Both the position numbers and the translations under genes were made by a program. 64,000 nt of DNA from Spirochaetia bacterium (GTDB lineage Bacteria; Spirochaetota; Spirochaetia; SZUA-6; Bin103). Below are positions 41,416 to 51,781 of this stretch, one piece after another. The notes under the pieces were generated by a model, which saw only the letters and a list, made by a program, of their open reading frames with translations, was not told where the DNA came from and did no database searches. The DNA is taken from the NCBI GenBank assembly GCA_965198005.1, contig CBDAOI010000004.1, positions 1,504,001 through 1,568,000 on the forward strand. Reading direction: 5' to 3'. Within the stretch, counting starts at the first letter, position 1; each line of letters opens with the position of its first letter.

Positions 41416-42955
41416 CCACCACGATCGCCCCGGCATCGTCGGCCGCGGTCTCCTCCTGCACGATCTCGACCTGCTCGAACCGCAGCCCGGTAGCGGCCGT
41501 CGCAACCACGCCGGTGACCTCCAGCGTCGCGGACCGCAGCAGGAGCGAGCGGAACAGGCGATCGCCGATCCGATGCTCGTCGTACTCCACGACGTAGGTT
41601 CGCAGTTCGCGCGTGACGCCCGCCGGTGACATGATCTTGAACACGATCACCGGTTGGCCGACCGAGTAGAGCCCATAGCCGCCGGACGCGCTGTCCGTTC
41701 CGTTCAACCAGGTGAAGCGCGGTGGCTCGAAGATGATCGTCTGGTCATGGTCCGCGGCGCGGTACACACCGGACAGGGGGAGATCCAGCGGGCGCGGATC
41801 GACGCCGGCGGACCGGGTCAGTTCGACTTGCCGGCTGGTCGTGAGCTGTTCGTAGTGGTGGTCGGCGTAGTCGCCCGACTCGCGGCCCTTGATCACCACG
41901 CGGATGGCGCGCAGCGAGTTCACCTCGACGTTGATGGTCTTCTGGATCGAGTCGACCAGCTCGTTGCGCACCCAGATGCCGAGCCGTGACGACAGCAGGC
42001 GATGCGAGACGTCCCAGGTGTAGATCTCCTGCACGTCCCCGTCGAACAGCGTGATGCGGCGCTGCTCCGGCTCGAAGTGGATCACTTCCGTGCCGCCCGC
42101 CGGACGCCCCTGGCCGGGTTCGATCATGCGATACCACGGCCCGGCCAGGAACTCCTCGAACGCCGCGGTCCCGCGACTGCCGAACAGCTCCCGCAACTGC
42201 CGTTCCTCCACCACCGCGCCGGGGATCCGTTCCGTCGGCAGGGCGTGATACCGCTCGTCTTGCGCCCGCCATTCGTATGCGGTCCTGAGAAGATCGGTCA
42301 CCTCGCTGCCCTGCGGGTCGGTTGCCTGCACCACGATCGGGAACGGGACTCCGGGGGTCCGATCCTGGATCTCTATGGCGCCCTCGGCTGCCACGGACAG
42401 GATCGAGACGAATGCGAGCTGCGGTCCGGCCGGCGCCTGCCGGTACACGTCGAGGGTGCGTTGGTCGCTGGCGTTGATGCCGCGCGCGACGATTTCAAGC
42501 TGGTGATCGCCGGTGACGTCCTGGACCTGCACGTTGAACGTGCGCGGATCGGTAGCGCGGGTAGCGGCCTCCCAGGTTCTGCGGTGCGGTGACCCGGGAC
42601 CGGCGGCGTCGACCACTATCAGCTTGATGACCGGGTTGCCCTCGACTTCGGCGCGGACCAGCACCAGTTGTTCATCGCCCTCGTCGCCGTCGAGATTGCC
42701 GGCCATCAGCCACAACAGTTCCTCGCCGCTCTGCAGCGGGGCCCACGGCTCGTTCTCGACCGTGTCGGTGGTGAGCGCCGGCGCGGGAAGTTCAGCGTCC
42801 GCGGTGGCGGGCGGGCGTACGGGGCCGATGGCCGCCGGTGTCTCGCCGGCAGGGTCGGCGGAGCGTTCCTCTCCGCATCCCCCCGCCAGCACGATGCCCG
42901 CGGCCAGCGCGCCTGCCGCGCCAGCCGCGCGCACCCGGCGCAGGTGCTCAGCCAC
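41363..42955 (-). CDS. Lipoprotein, pallilysin-related adhesin-like
   Basis: Lipobox LAGGC; NLDGDEGDEQLV, DVTGDHQLEIV, FEEFLAGPWY, IHFEP..QEIYTW. Confidence 0.6.
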   Translation of the reverse strand: MAEHLRRVRAAGAAGALAAGIVLAGGCGEERSADPAGETPAAIGPVRPPATADAELPAPALTTDTVENEPWAPLQSGEELLWLMAGNLDGDEGDEQLVLVRAEVEGNPVIKLIVVDAAGPGSPHRRTWEAATRATDPRTFNVQVQDVTGDHQLEIVARGINASDQRTLDVYRQAPAGPQLAFVSILSVAAEGAIEIQDRTPGVPFPIVVQATDPQGSEVTDLLRTAYEWRAQDERYHALPTERIPGAVVEERQLRELFGSRGTAAFEEFLAGPWYRMIEPGQGRPAGGTEVIHFEPEQRRITLFDGDVQEIYTWDVSHRLLSSRLGIWVRNELVDSIQKTINVEVNSLRAIRVVIKGRESGDYADHHYEQLTTSRQVELTRSAGVDPRPLDLPLSGVYRAADHDQTIIFEPPRFTWLNGTDSASGGYGLYSVGQPVIVFKIMSPAGVTRELRTYVVEYDEHRIGDRLFRSLLLRSATLEVTGVVATAATGLRFEQVEIVQEETAADDAGAIVVVTPDDQAGAEPRAGSAD

Positions 42956-43490
42956 GGCAGCGGGCGAGGCAGGCGCGTACCGCCGCAGCCGCCCGGCGCG
43001 CGGCGACCGCCGGCAGCAGACACTCGTCGCGGAACGTGGCCGCCAGGAACGCCTGGATCGAATCCAGCACACCGGCGCGGGGCAGGAACAGAAACGCGAA
43101 GTCCGTGCCGCCCGGTTGCCCGACCGTAACCGGACCGGCGGCGGCTACCGGCCGCGCGCTGACCAGCACCCGGGCTCCGGCATGACCGCCGACGATCGCC
43201 AGCTCCGAAAACCGGTGCGGGATGCGGCCGTCCGGCGTGCGGCGGAACGGCTCCACGTCGTGCTCGGCGTGGCCGGCAGGCTCCACCAGCACGTACACCT
43301 TGTCGCCGGCGGCGTCGAGGGTGAGCGCGGCCGGCGACAATACCAGACTGCGCGCCTCCCGGTAGACCACGATCTCGAACCGCGTGATCGGGGACCCTTC
43401 GGCGGTAGCGGACGAAACGACGTAGCCGCCGCCCGCCGGCAGCTTGCCGCTGCGGTAGGCACTGAACAGTTCGAGCGCCTTGGTCACCAT
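42948..43490 (-). CDS. Conserved hypothetical protein
   Basis: ALELFSAYRSGKLPAGGGYVVS..FEIVVY..VYVLVEP..IPHRFSEL. Confidence 0.65.
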   Translation of the reverse strand: MVTKALELFSAYRSGKLPAGGGYVVSSATAEGSPITRFEIVVYREARSLVLSPAALTLDAAGDKVYVLVEPAGHAEHDVEPFRRTPDGRIPHRFSELAIVGGHAGARVLVSARPVAAAGPVTVGQPGGTDFAFLFLPRAGVLDSIQAFLAATFRDECLLPAVAARRAAAAVRACLARCRG

Positions 43491-43567
43491 GGGATACCGT
43501 CTGCCACGCTACCACTACCACGGGGGCGGATTCTGGACAAACCGGTGCCCAGCCGACAGACTGACGT

Positions 43568-45016
43568 ATGGAGCCAAACGAGCGGTTCCGGCTGCTCTCT
43601 CCGCTCGACCAGCGCTACTGGATCGCCAACCGCGCCCGGTTCGAGGCGCTGGCGGACTACCTCAGCGAGGAGGCGGCGGTGCGCTACGCGGTGCGGGTGG
43701 AGCTTGCGCTGCTGGCGGAGCTCGCCCGCCGCCTGCCCGGAGTGTCCTGGACGCCCGAGCTGGATGAGCAGATTCGGGCGGCCGGAGCCCGCGTCACGCC
43801 GGCCGCGGTGGCCGCCGAGGAGCGCACCACCGATCACAACCTGCGGGCGCTGGTCAACGTGCTGCAGCGCGAGCTGCCACCGGAAGTGCGCCACCTGGCG
43901 CACCTCGGCGCCACCTCCTACGACATTACCGACACCGCCAACGCCATGCGCTACCGTGACGCGCTGGGCGGAGTGGTCATTCCGCTGCTGGTGCAGGTCG
44001 AGCGCGCGCTGATCGACCTCACCGAGCGCGAGGCCGCGACCCCGCAGGTGGGGCGCACCCACGGCCAGTACGCGGTGCCGCTCACGTTCGGCTTCGCCGT
44101 GGCCGAGTACGTCGCCCGGCTCGGCAAGTCGATCGAGCGGTTGCGGGAGCGGGCGGCCGACCTGCGCGGCAAGCTGGCCGGGGCGGTCGGCGCGTACAAC
44201 GCCACCGCGCTGCTGGTCGACGACCCGGAGGAGCTGGAACGCGCGGTGCTGGCCGCGCTGGGGCTCGCCCCGAGCGAGAGTTCCACCCAGATCGTCGAAC
44301 CGGAGTATCTGCTGGCGGCGCTGCTCGAGTTGAACACCGCGTTCGGGATCCTGGCGAATCTGGCCGACGACCTGCGCCACCTGCAACGCTCGGAGCTGGC
44401 CGAGGTGCGGGAGGCGTTCGCCGCGGGCCAGGTGGGGTCCTCGACCATGCCCCAGAAGCGCAACCCCTGGAACTGCGAGCACGTCAAGAGCCTGTGGAAG
44501 GAGTTCATGCCGCGGGTGGTGACGTTCTGCCTGGACCAGGTGTCCGAGCACCAGCGTGACCTGACCAATTCCGCCTCGGCCCGGTTCGTGCCGGAGTTCG
44601 TGGCCGGGCTGGTGGCCGCGGCCAACCGGATGCTGGGGGTGATCACCGGCCTGCAGGTGGATCGCGCGGCGATGCGGCGCCGGCTGCTGGAGGCCGGCAC
44701 CGACGGCGTGCTGGCGGAAGCGGCCTACGTGATGCTGGCCGCCGCCGGCGACGAGCGCGCGCACGAACGCATGCGCCGCCTGGTCCGGGAATGCGCGGAC
44801 CGGGGGACGCCGCTACTGGAGGCGGCGCGGCGGGACGCGGCCGTGTGGCGCCGGCTGGAGGACGCGGTGCAGGCGCGCTTCGGAACCACGGCGCTGGCCT
44901 TCTTCGGCGCGCCCGAGCACTACTGCGGCCGCGCCGAGGTCAAGGCGCGGGCGCTGGCCGCCCGCTATCGGCAACGCATGCAGGCGATCGGCCGGATGGC
45001 GGCCGGCCGGGGGTAG
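43568..45016 (+). CDS. purB: Adenylosuccinate lyase
   Basis: LSPLDQRY, HLGATSYDI, GRTHGQYA, GAVG, GSSTMPQKRNP, EHQRDLTNS; upstream of guaA. Confidence 0.92.
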   Translation: MEPNERFRLLSPLDQRYWIANRARFEALADYLSEEAAVRYAVRVELALLAELARRLPGVSWTPELDEQIRAAGARVTPAAVAAEERTTDHNLRALVNVLQRELPPEVRHLAHLGATSYDITDTANAMRYRDALGGVVIPLLVQVERALIDLTEREAATPQVGRTHGQYAVPLTFGFAVAEYVARLGKSIERLRERAADLRGKLAGAVGAYNATALLVDDPEELERAVLAALGLAPSESSTQIVEPEYLLAALLELNTAFGILANLADDLRHLQRSELAEVREAFAAGQVGSSTMPQKRNPWNCEHVKSLWKEFMPRVVTFCLDQVSEHQRDLTNSASARFVPEFVAGLVAAANRMLGVITGLQVDRAAMRRRLLEAGTDGVLAEAAYVMLAAAGDERAHERMRRLVRECADRGTPLLEAARRDAAVWRRLEDAVQARFGTTALAFFGAPEHYCGRAEVKARALAARYRQRMQAIGRMAAGRG

Positions 45017-45027
45017 CGGGGCGGCCG

Positions 45028-46608
45028 GTGGACACGATCCTGGTACTGGACTTCGGCGGCCAGACCTGTCATCTCATCGCGCGCCGCATTCGTGACCTCG
45101 GGGTGTTCAGCCGGGTGGTGCCCGGCGATGCCGGGCCGGCGGCCGCGGCGCCGCTGGACGAAGTGAAGGGGATCGTGCTGTCGGGCTCGCCCGCGTCGGT
45201 GCACGATCCGCAGGCGCCGGTGCCCGACCCCCGCCTGCTGCACCGCGGCGTGCCGGTGCTCGGCATCTGCTACGGCATGCAGCACCTGATGCAGCAGGGC
45301 GGCGGCCGCGTGTCGCCCACCCACGTCCGTGAGTATGGGAGCGCCCTGGTCGAGCACCGGGCCGAGTCCCCGCTGTTCGCCGGGATACCCGCCCGCTTCC
45401 GCTCCTGGATGAGCCACGGCGACGCGGTCGAGCGCACCGCGCCCGGGTTCCGCGAGATCGCGCGCTCCGAGCACGGCGCCGTGGCGGCGGTGGAATCGGC
45501 GCCGGCCGGCGAGCGGCCGCCGGGGTCCGGCCGGCCGCCGGTCTACGGCATCCAGTTCCATCCGGAAGTGACCCACAGCGACTACGGCAACCGGCTGCTC
45601 GACAACTTCGCCACCGCGATCTGCGGGGCGCGCCGGTCGTGGGACCTGGAGTCGTTCGAGCGGCGGGCGCGCGCCGAGCTGGCCGCGACCGTCGGCGGCC
45701 GGCCGGTGGTGCTGCTGATCTCCGGGGGCGTCGATTCCACGGTAGTGGCGGCGCTGCTGCTCAAGGCGCTGCCGCCGGAGCAGGTGCATCTGCTGTACGT
45801 CGATACCGGGTTGATGCGGCGCGGCGAAACCGACCAGGTGCGCCGTACCCTGGCCCGGCTCGGCGCCACCCAGGTGCGCGTGGTGGACGCGGCCGCGCGC
45901 TTCTACGCCGCGCTGGCGGGGGTGACCGACCCGGAGCGCAAGCGGCGCATCATCGGAGACCTGTTCATCGAGGTGCAGTCCGAGGCGGTGCGGGACGAGC
46001 TGCCGGACTGGTTTCTGGCCCAGGGCACGCTGTATACCGACCTGATCGAGTCGGGCCGCGGGGTCGGCGACAAGGCGGCCACGATCAAGTCCCACCACAA
46101 CGTGGCGGCGCCGCTGGTAGCCGCGCGGCGCGCCGCGGGGCTGCTGCTGGAGCCGCTGGCCACCTTGTACAAGGACGAGGTGCGCCGTCTCGGACGGGTG
46201 CTGGGCGTGCCCGCGCCGGTGATCGAGCGCCACCCGTTTCCGGGTCCGGGCCTGGCGGTGCGCATTCCCGGCGCGGTGACGGCCGAGCGGTGCGAGCTGC
46301 TGCGCGCGGTCGATGCGATCTTTCTCGACGAGCTGCGGCGGCGCGATCTGTATCGGCGGATAACGCAGGCGTTCGCCGTGCTGCTGCCGGTGCGTTCGGT
46401 GGGGGTGATCGGCGACAGCCGCCATTACGGCGTGGTGGTGGCGTTGCGGGCGGTGGTGACCGACGACTTCATGACCGCCGACGTGTTCCGGTTCGACGCC
46501 GACGTCCTGCTGGAGATCTCCGCCCGGATTACCAACGAGGTTCCCGCCGTGGGGCGGGTGGTGTACGACGTGTCGAGCAAGCCGCCGGCCACGGTGGAGT
46601 GGGAGTAG
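45028..46608 (+). CDS. guaA: GMP synthase (glutamine-hydrolysing)
   Basis: LDFGGQ, LGICYGMQ, IQFHPEV, SGGVDS, IKSHHNV, RHPFPGPGLAVR, KPPATVEWE. Confidence 0.97.
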   Translation: MDTILVLDFGGQTCHLIARRIRDLGVFSRVVPGDAGPAAAAPLDEVKGIVLSGSPASVHDPQAPVPDPRLLHRGVPVLGICYGMQHLMQQGGGRVSPTHVREYGSALVEHRAESPLFAGIPARFRSWMSHGDAVERTAPGFREIARSEHGAVAAVESAPAGERPPGSGRPPVYGIQFHPEVTHSDYGNRLLDNFATAICGARRSWDLESFERRARAELAATVGGRPVVLLISGGVDSTVVAALLLKALPPEQVHLLYVDTGLMRRGETDQVRRTLARLGATQVRVVDAAARFYAALAGVTDPERKRRIIGDLFIEVQSEAVRDELPDWFLAQGTLYTDLIESGRGVGDKAATIKSHHNVAAPLVAARRAAGLLLEPLATLYKDEVRRLGRVLGVPAPVIERHPFPGPGLAVRIPGAVTAERCELLRAVDAIFLDELRRRDLYRRITQAFAVLLPVRSVGVIGDSRHYGVVVALRAVVTDDFMTADVFRFDADVLLEISARITNEVPAVGRVVYDVSSKPPATVEWE

Positions 46609-47621
46609 GGGGCCGCGCCGCCCGTCTCGGGGCGCTCGCGGTCGCGGCCGTGCTCGCCGCGGGCTGCGCGGCCGGACAGCGCGACACCTACCTGCTGGCA
46701 GTGGAGCGTCCTTTCTGGTACGCCGTGACCGAGGCGTTTCCGCAGGTCGAGCAGCACCTGCGCGCCACCCTGGAGCAGGCCGGTCACCGCACGCGCCTGC
46801 TGGTGCTCGAGGATCCGGCCGCCGCGCTGGACCGGCAGTTGGCGGCCGGCCGCTACCGGGGGGTGGTGCTGACCCCCCTGCTGGCGGTCGGTGGCACCGA
46901 GCTGGCCGCCGCCCACCGCGACCTGCGCTTCGTGCTGCTCACCTGGCAGGGGACGGTCGCGGCCACCGGTGACGACCCGCGGCCGGCGGCGCTGCCGGCC
47001 AACGTGACCGAGGTGCGGTTCGCGCGGACTGCGGCGTACACGCGGGCGGGGAGACTGGCGGCCGCCTATCTGGCCACCCGGCAGCCGGCCAAGGCGGCGG
47101 TGGTGTACGCGGTGGACGGCGGCGACGCAGCGCTGGCGCGCGTGGCCGCCTTCCGGGCCGGCTTCAGCGCCGGGGCCGGCGGCGGCGCGCGCCGCCTGCT
47201 GGAACGTTCGCTGCAGCCCGAGTCCGACGCCGGGCGGCTGAACCGGGTGCTCTCCCGGCTGGAGGGCGAGGGCGTAACGCTGGTGTATCTGGAAGTGGGC
47301 CGACTGGTGCGCGGCGGCCTCGAGGCGGTGGCGCGCGAGGGCATGCAGGCGATCGTCGCCAACTGGGGCGAGCGGCCCGGCTTCGAGGCGACCGTGCTGA
47401 TCGCCGTGGACGACGATCCGGCGGCGGCCCTGGCGGCGGGACTGGCCGCCGCCGGCGGCGAGCGGGTAAGCGTTCCCTCCCGCGTGGTCTGGGGTCTGGC
47501 GGCACCCCTGCCTCCGGACGCCACCCCCGACTGGTACGACCGCATCCGGACGCCGGACCAAGCGGCGCCGGCAGCGGCGGAAGCGCCCCAGGCGCCGGAC
47601 CCACCGGAGCGCACACGCTGA
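46599..47621 (+). CDS. Lipoprotein, periplasmic-binding-protein-like
   Basis: Lipobox LAAGC; AYTRAGRLAA..RVAAFRAGF; start approximate. Confidence 0.55.
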   Translation: MGVGGRAARLGALAVAAVLAAGCAAGQRDTYLLAVERPFWYAVTEAFPQVEQHLRATLEQAGHRTRLLVLEDPAAALDRQLAAGRYRGVVLTPLLAVGGTELAAAHRDLRFVLLTWQGTVAATGDDPRPAALPANVTEVRFARTAAYTRAGRLAAAYLATRQPAKAAVVYAVDGGDAALARVAAFRAGFSAGAGGGARRLLERSLQPESDAGRLNRVLSRLEGEGVTLVYLEVGRLVRGGLEAVAREGMQAIVANWGERPGFEATVLIAVDDDPAAALAAGLAAAGGERVSVPSRVVWGLAAPLPPDATPDWYDRIRTPDQAAPAAAEAPQAPDPPERTR

Positions 47622-47631
47622 CGCGGCTAGC

Positions 47632-47769
47632 GCCGATAACCGCATGCTTGCTGGTGTGGTACGGCGCCATGCCGGCATGATGATGCTGCCGCCGCGTTCG
47701 CGCATCGCCGCCATGACGTACTTGAGGCCCAACCACACGCCGCGGACACGTTTACCGCCATCACCCGAT
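47632..47769 (-). repeat. Partial inverted copy of the SDR gene (6710-6876) with an internal ~30-bp deletion
   Basis: Reverse complement matches ATCGGGTGATGGCGGTAAACGTG..CATCATCAT / GCCGG.ATGGCGCCGTACCACACCAGCAAGCATGCGGTTATCGGC. Confidence 0.85.
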
Positions 47770-47833
47770 TGGGCGGCTGCGCAAGCTGCTGCCCGTGATC
47801 CTCTCGCGCTCTCGCGCCCGGCCCGCCCCGTCT

Positions 47834-47876
47834 TGCGACGATCACCCTTGCGAACGTCGCATGAGCGCTCTATATT
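47834..47876 (+). promoter_or_regulatory. Promoter and operator of the Xre-RES module
   Basis: TTGCGA(47848)-17 bp-TATATT(47871); inverted repeat TGCGACG..CGTCGCA (47834-47861). Confidence 0.55.
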
Positions 47877-47882
47877 CGTCAT

Positions 47883-48374
47883 ATGATGCCCGCATCCTCC
47901 GAACGGTCCACGACTCTTCAGGCGTATGCTCACCCGGCCGAGATGCCGGCGAACGAAGCCACGCGCGTCGCGATGCTCCTGGCAATCGACGAACCTGACA
48001 CACGGAGCGACGTACAGCTCGCGCGGCTCGTCGCTGGCGGTTTGCTCCCGGCGTCAGCCATCGCCCTGGCCGAGGTGCTTGGGCGGAATCGGGTGGTAGG
48101 ACCGGTAGTCCCCGAGGCGACGCTCCGGCGAGTGCGCAGAGCCAGGAAAACGCTGTCCAGACAGCACAGCGAACGACTCTATGAAGTGGGACGCGTCGTC
48201 GATGCAGTCAGCCGCGCCTACCACGGAGACCGGGACGCAATCGAAGCGTTTCTGGGCCGTCCGCACCCATTGCTCGAGGGCGAGACGCCGTTCGATATGG
48301 CGCGCTCCAGCTCGGCAGGCGCGGACGCGGTCCTGAATCTCATTCGTCGGGCGGAGGCCGGCGTGGCTCTTTGA
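47883..48374 (+). CDS. Xre/MbcA/ParS-type antitoxin
   Basis: VPEATLRR..LSRQHSERLYEVGRV..FLGRPHPLLEGETPFD..GADAV. Confidence 0.88.
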   Translation: MMPASSERSTTLQAYAHPAEMPANEATRVAMLLAIDEPDTRSDVQLARLVAGGLLPASAIALAEVLGRNRVVGPVVPEATLRRVRRARKTLSRQHSERLYEVGRVVDAVSRAYHGDRDAIEAFLGRPHPLLEGETPFDMARSSSAGADAVLNLIRRAEAGVAL

Positions 48375-48712
48375 CGACACCGCGAACGCTCCCGCGGACG
48401 ATGCGCGCCTATAGGATCGGCGATCCCGCTGGCCAGTTTCCGGTGTGGAGCGCGGCAGGCGCCAGGCGCGTGGGGGTGGTAACGGCCGATATCGTTCGGG
48501 ATTGGTCCCATCCGGGCGGGGAGGCGGCCCGCCGGTTCGGTCGCACATGGTATGCCGAGAACCGCAGTACCCTCCTGATCGTCCCATCCGTCGTGGCGCG
48601 TATGGAGCGCAACATCGTCATCAACACGCGGCATGCAGATTTCGCTGGCTTGACGGTCGGTCTGGAAACCCCGGTCTGGTGGGACCAACGCCTCTTTCGC
48701 GACTCCGACTGA
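48371..48712 (+). pseudogene. RES-domain toxin with an internal in-frame deletion
   Basis: AYRIGDP..WSAAGARRV joined directly to ..FGRTWY..LIVPSVVARMERNIVINTRH; the GRW..YASE segment is missing. Confidence 0.8.
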
Positions 48713-48717
48713 CCGCC

Positions 48718-48810
48718 TAGATGGTGTCCACGACGGCGCGCGGCGCTCCCGCCGGCTTGAGCGCTACGCTGATCAATAACGTTGGTGTCGACAACGATGC
48801 GCTCAGCTCT
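48718..48810 (-). pseudogene. PIN/VapC toxin remnant
   Basis: MRAERIVVDTNV, then frameshift and stop; overlaps the Phd stop. Confidence 0.7.
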
Positions 48811-49048
48811 CATCCGCAAGAAGGGCGTCGAGCTTGGCGTCGGTCAGTCCTCGTGCATATGCTTCCTCTCCCATTGCGTCCATGGTCGAGGTGAGACGTT
48901 CCCACGCCGAGCCACGGAGCTGGTCGTAGAGCTGCATCATCACCGTGACCGCTCGGCCGTTCTTGGTCACGCGTACAGGAAAGCGTTGCGCGGCATCGAG
49001 CAGTTGACCGAAGCGGTTCTTGGCTTCTCTCGCAGTGATCTCCTTCAT
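48803..49048 (-). CDS. Phd/YefM-family antitoxin
   Basis: MKEITAREAKNRFGQLLDAAQRFPVRVTKNGRAV. Confidence 0.9.
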   Translation of the reverse strand: MKEITAREAKNRFGQLLDAAQRFPVRVTKNGRAVTVMMQLYDQLRGSAWERLTSTMDAMGEEAYARGLTDAKLDALLADES

Positions 49049-49051
49049 GCG

Positions 49052-49073
49052 AGCTATAGTAGCTACAATAGCT
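49052..49073. promoter_or_regulatory. Tandem palindromic operator over the phd -10 box
   Basis: AGCTA-tag-TAGCT overlapping AGCTA-caa-TAGCT; TACTAT on the minus strand 7 nt before the ATG. Confidence 0.6.
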
Positions 49074-49088
49074 TGTTACGGCAACAGG

Positions 49089-50088
49089 GTGCACGGTGCC
49101 CGGTCGATGCCGACCACGTCGACGATCGACGGCATCATGATGATGCCACTACCAGTACTCGAGAATCGCGCGACCCATCACGTCCCCGGCACGAAGCGCG
49201 TCGCAGGCATCGTTGATCTGCTCAAGGCGGTAGCGATCGGTCACCAGCTTGTCCAGTGGGAACTTGCCCTCGGCATATAACCGCAGGAACATCGGGAAGT
49301 CCCGATCGGCGTCGCTGGCCCCGTGGCTGCCCGTGTAGGTGCGTTGAAACGGCATCACCAACATCGGGTTGATTGTCATCTCCCGCTCGGCGGGCACCCC
49401 AACCAGAACCGCCGTCCCGCCCTTGCTCGAAGGTCCCACCCAACCGGGACGCGTTGCCGCCAGGATCTGCTCGGTCGTCGCCCGGACGCCGATGGTGTCG
49501 AAGGCGTAGTCGACCCCGCCGTTGGTCAGCTCCTTGATAGCCGCCACCGGATCCTCGTTCTTGGCGTTGATGAGGTGGGTAGCGCCGAACTGCCGCGCCA
49601 TCTCCAGCTTGTCGTCGCGCAGGTCGGCGGCGATGATCGGATACGCCTCCAGCATCGATGCCATCCAGATGGCCGACAGCCCCACGCCCCCGGCGCCGAT
49701 CACCGCCACCGAGTCGCCGGGTCGTACCCCGGCGGTGTGCTGAACCGCCCCGGCGCCGGTCAGCACCGCGCAGCCGATGACGCAGCTCAGATCGGTGGGC
49801 GCGTCGCCGGCAATGCCGACCACGTGCTCGCCCTCGGTAACAACGTGCTCACTCCAGGTGTGCACGCGGTGCTGGGCAAACAGCGGCGTTCCCCGATGGG
49901 TCGCGCCCAGCGGGCCGCGTTCCTGCATGGTCAAGTCAGGGTGGCGCCGCACCCAGGTGACGATCGCGTGGTCGCCCTCCTTGACGTGGCTCACGTGCGC
50001 GCCCACCGCCATCACCACGCCGGTGCCCTCGTGTCCCAGCACCATCGGCAGCGGCTCGTCGAGCGACCCGTTCAACTCGTGGAGCTGG
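49089..50088 (-). pseudogene. 5'-truncated duplicate of the Zn-alcohol dehydrogenase at 61109-62173
   Basis: 1000-bp near-identical copy of 61049-62048 (about 9 substitutions counted by eye); lacks the N-terminal GVCHS zinc ligand. Confidence 0.9.
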
Positions 50089-50200
50089 TGATGACCATCG
50101 GCACGCCCGGCAGGCCAGGCGAGCGCGACGGCGATCCGTTCAATCTGCCCACCGATGTGGGCGTAGCGTCCAACGGCGAGCTGTTCATCTCCGATGCTTC
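50088..50200 (+). pseudogene. NHL-repeat protein fragment
   Basis: VMTIGTPGRPG..PFNLPTDVGVASNGELFISD. Confidence 0.6.
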
Positions 50201-50645
50201 GTGGCATGACCACCTCAGCCCGCCTCAAACTACCTCAAACTGCCTCAGACCTCGGCCACCGGTCAGTCGGCCGCGCCACTCGCGCGAAGCGCCGAAGACG
50301 CACAAAGAAAGGGCCGAGCCGGATGACAGGAAATCCGACTCGGCACCAACATATGGAGAAGACGTATGAATATCTTCATCACATAGAACAACCATCGGCG
50401 AGTTTTGTTACTCGGGGCGTGCATGCCGTTAGCCGAATCCTCCGAGCACAGGGTGGGCACAGGCGCTCTCACCTTGTCGTCTTCCGGATCTGCGCATCCG
50501 AGCTTGGCCCCGGTGATTGAAACGCGCTCGGAAATCCCCATGAGTTGGGCGCGGTAGAATGAGCCACGAGTGGGCATATTCACTCCCCGCTCGCGGCCTT
50601 GGGAGGCTGGTGTGATGGCGGGCTGCTTGTGGTACCTTCCCCATC

Positions 50646-51025
50646 ATGCAGAGCACTGACAGCGCAGGCGTGACCAAGCAGGTCGACGCGGTTCCCCGCC
50701 AGCCGGTGGCAGCCGGCACCGCCACCGAGACGCACGTCCTGATCGGACCGGAAGATGGCGCCCCCAACTTCGCCCTGCGCCGCTTCGTCATGGGGCCGGG
50801 CGGAGACATGCCGCGCCACACCCACGCGGTAGAGCACGAGCAGTTCGTCCTCGCCGGGGCAGCGCGGGTCACCATCGGCGACACGGTGCACCAGGTGCAG
50901 GCCGGCACCGCCCTGTACATCCCGCCGAAGTACCCCACTCCTACGAGGTAACCGAGGCCCCGTTCGAGTTCCTGTGCATCGTCCCCAACCGCGAGGACTG
51001 TATCACCCTGACCGAACCACAGTGA
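50646..51025 (+). pseudogene. Cupin-domain protein, frameshifted near 50925
   Basis: LIGPEDGAPNFALRRF..HTHAVEHEQFVLAG..; VPHSY..PFEFLCIVP in another frame; followed by an amidase-like N-terminal scrap (MTADDLCFLPALEL). Confidence 0.75.
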
Positions 51026-51140
51026 CCGCCGACGATCTCTGCTTCCTCCCCGCCCTGGAGCTGCGCACCCGCAGAGCTGTATGGGCATCGCTCTTCACCG
51101 GATTGACGCGAGGAATCGGCGGTCGCGGTTTGGCAAGGCG

Positions 51141-51524
51141 CTACTCCCTTTGCAACGCGAGCTCCGTAAGGCGGCGCAGGTGCTCGTCGGCGTGGAGCAA
51201 ACCGGCACCGTGATGGTTGGCACAGGCCTGCACCACAATGTCGGTGGTCGGCACGGTGAGACCCTGTCCCCGGGCCGTGCGAGCGAGCTCGTACGCCGTA
51301 TCCCACACTTTCGGCGTCAGCGGAAGCTCAACCAGGTCGCGCTCCATGTCGCGAAGCACCGCCTCCTCATGACCGGCGCGCGCGCCATTCCACAATTCTG
51401 CGCGGATGATCGGACACCAAGCCGCAGTACCGGCAGCCAGGAGTGCCCGGACTTGGTCGCGCACCTCTCGGTCGCCGTCTCGGCGCAGGCTGTGAATCCA
51501 CGCCGACGTGTCGATCAGCGTCAC
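51141..51524 (-). CDS. vapC: VapC PIN-domain toxin
   Basis: LIDTSAWI, IRAELWNGAR, VPTTDIVV..LLHADEH. Confidence 0.9.
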   Translation of the reverse strand: MTLIDTSAWIHSLRRDGDREVRDQVRALLAAGTAAWCPIIRAELWNGARAGHEEAVLRDMERDLVELPLTPKVWDTAYELARTARGQGLTVPTTDIVVQACANHHGAGLLHADEHLRRLTELALQRE

Positions 51525-51724
51525 GAACTGGCGCGCAGGTCCGCGAGTTCTGCAGGAGAAATCAAATCGTCACACGTGCCGAGGTGACGCGCGAGCGCCG
51601 CCATGCGGGTGCGACGATTGAAATCAGCAACTGCCGTGACGATGGCCTCTCGTTTGGTCTTGGCGCCCGTCATTCGCATTGCTTCTTCCAGCATCTCTCT
51701 TGGAATATCAACTGAGGTCTTCAT
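51521..51724 (-). CDS. vapB: VapB antitoxin
   Basis: MKTSVDIPREMLEEAMRMTGAKTKREAIVTAV; GTGA overlap with vapC. Confidence 0.88.
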   Translation of the reverse strand: MKTSVDIPREMLEEAMRMTGAKTKREAIVTAVADFNRRTRMAALARHLGTCDDLISPAELADLRASS

Positions 51725-51781
51725 GCTTCCATAATGACAGAAGGGCACTGCCGCGTCAATGACGCGAGTTGACGCGAGAAA

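Noticed and set aside
49149-50228. 359-aa ORF as an ADH with a novel N-terminus
   Set aside because: The N-terminal ~46 aa is the antisense reading of an NHL-repeat fragment joined to a truncated ADH copy
50263-50583. Possible Cys-cluster (YkgJ-like) gene remnant
   Set aside because: Only a weak CHPARPFLC hint; cannot be supported by eye
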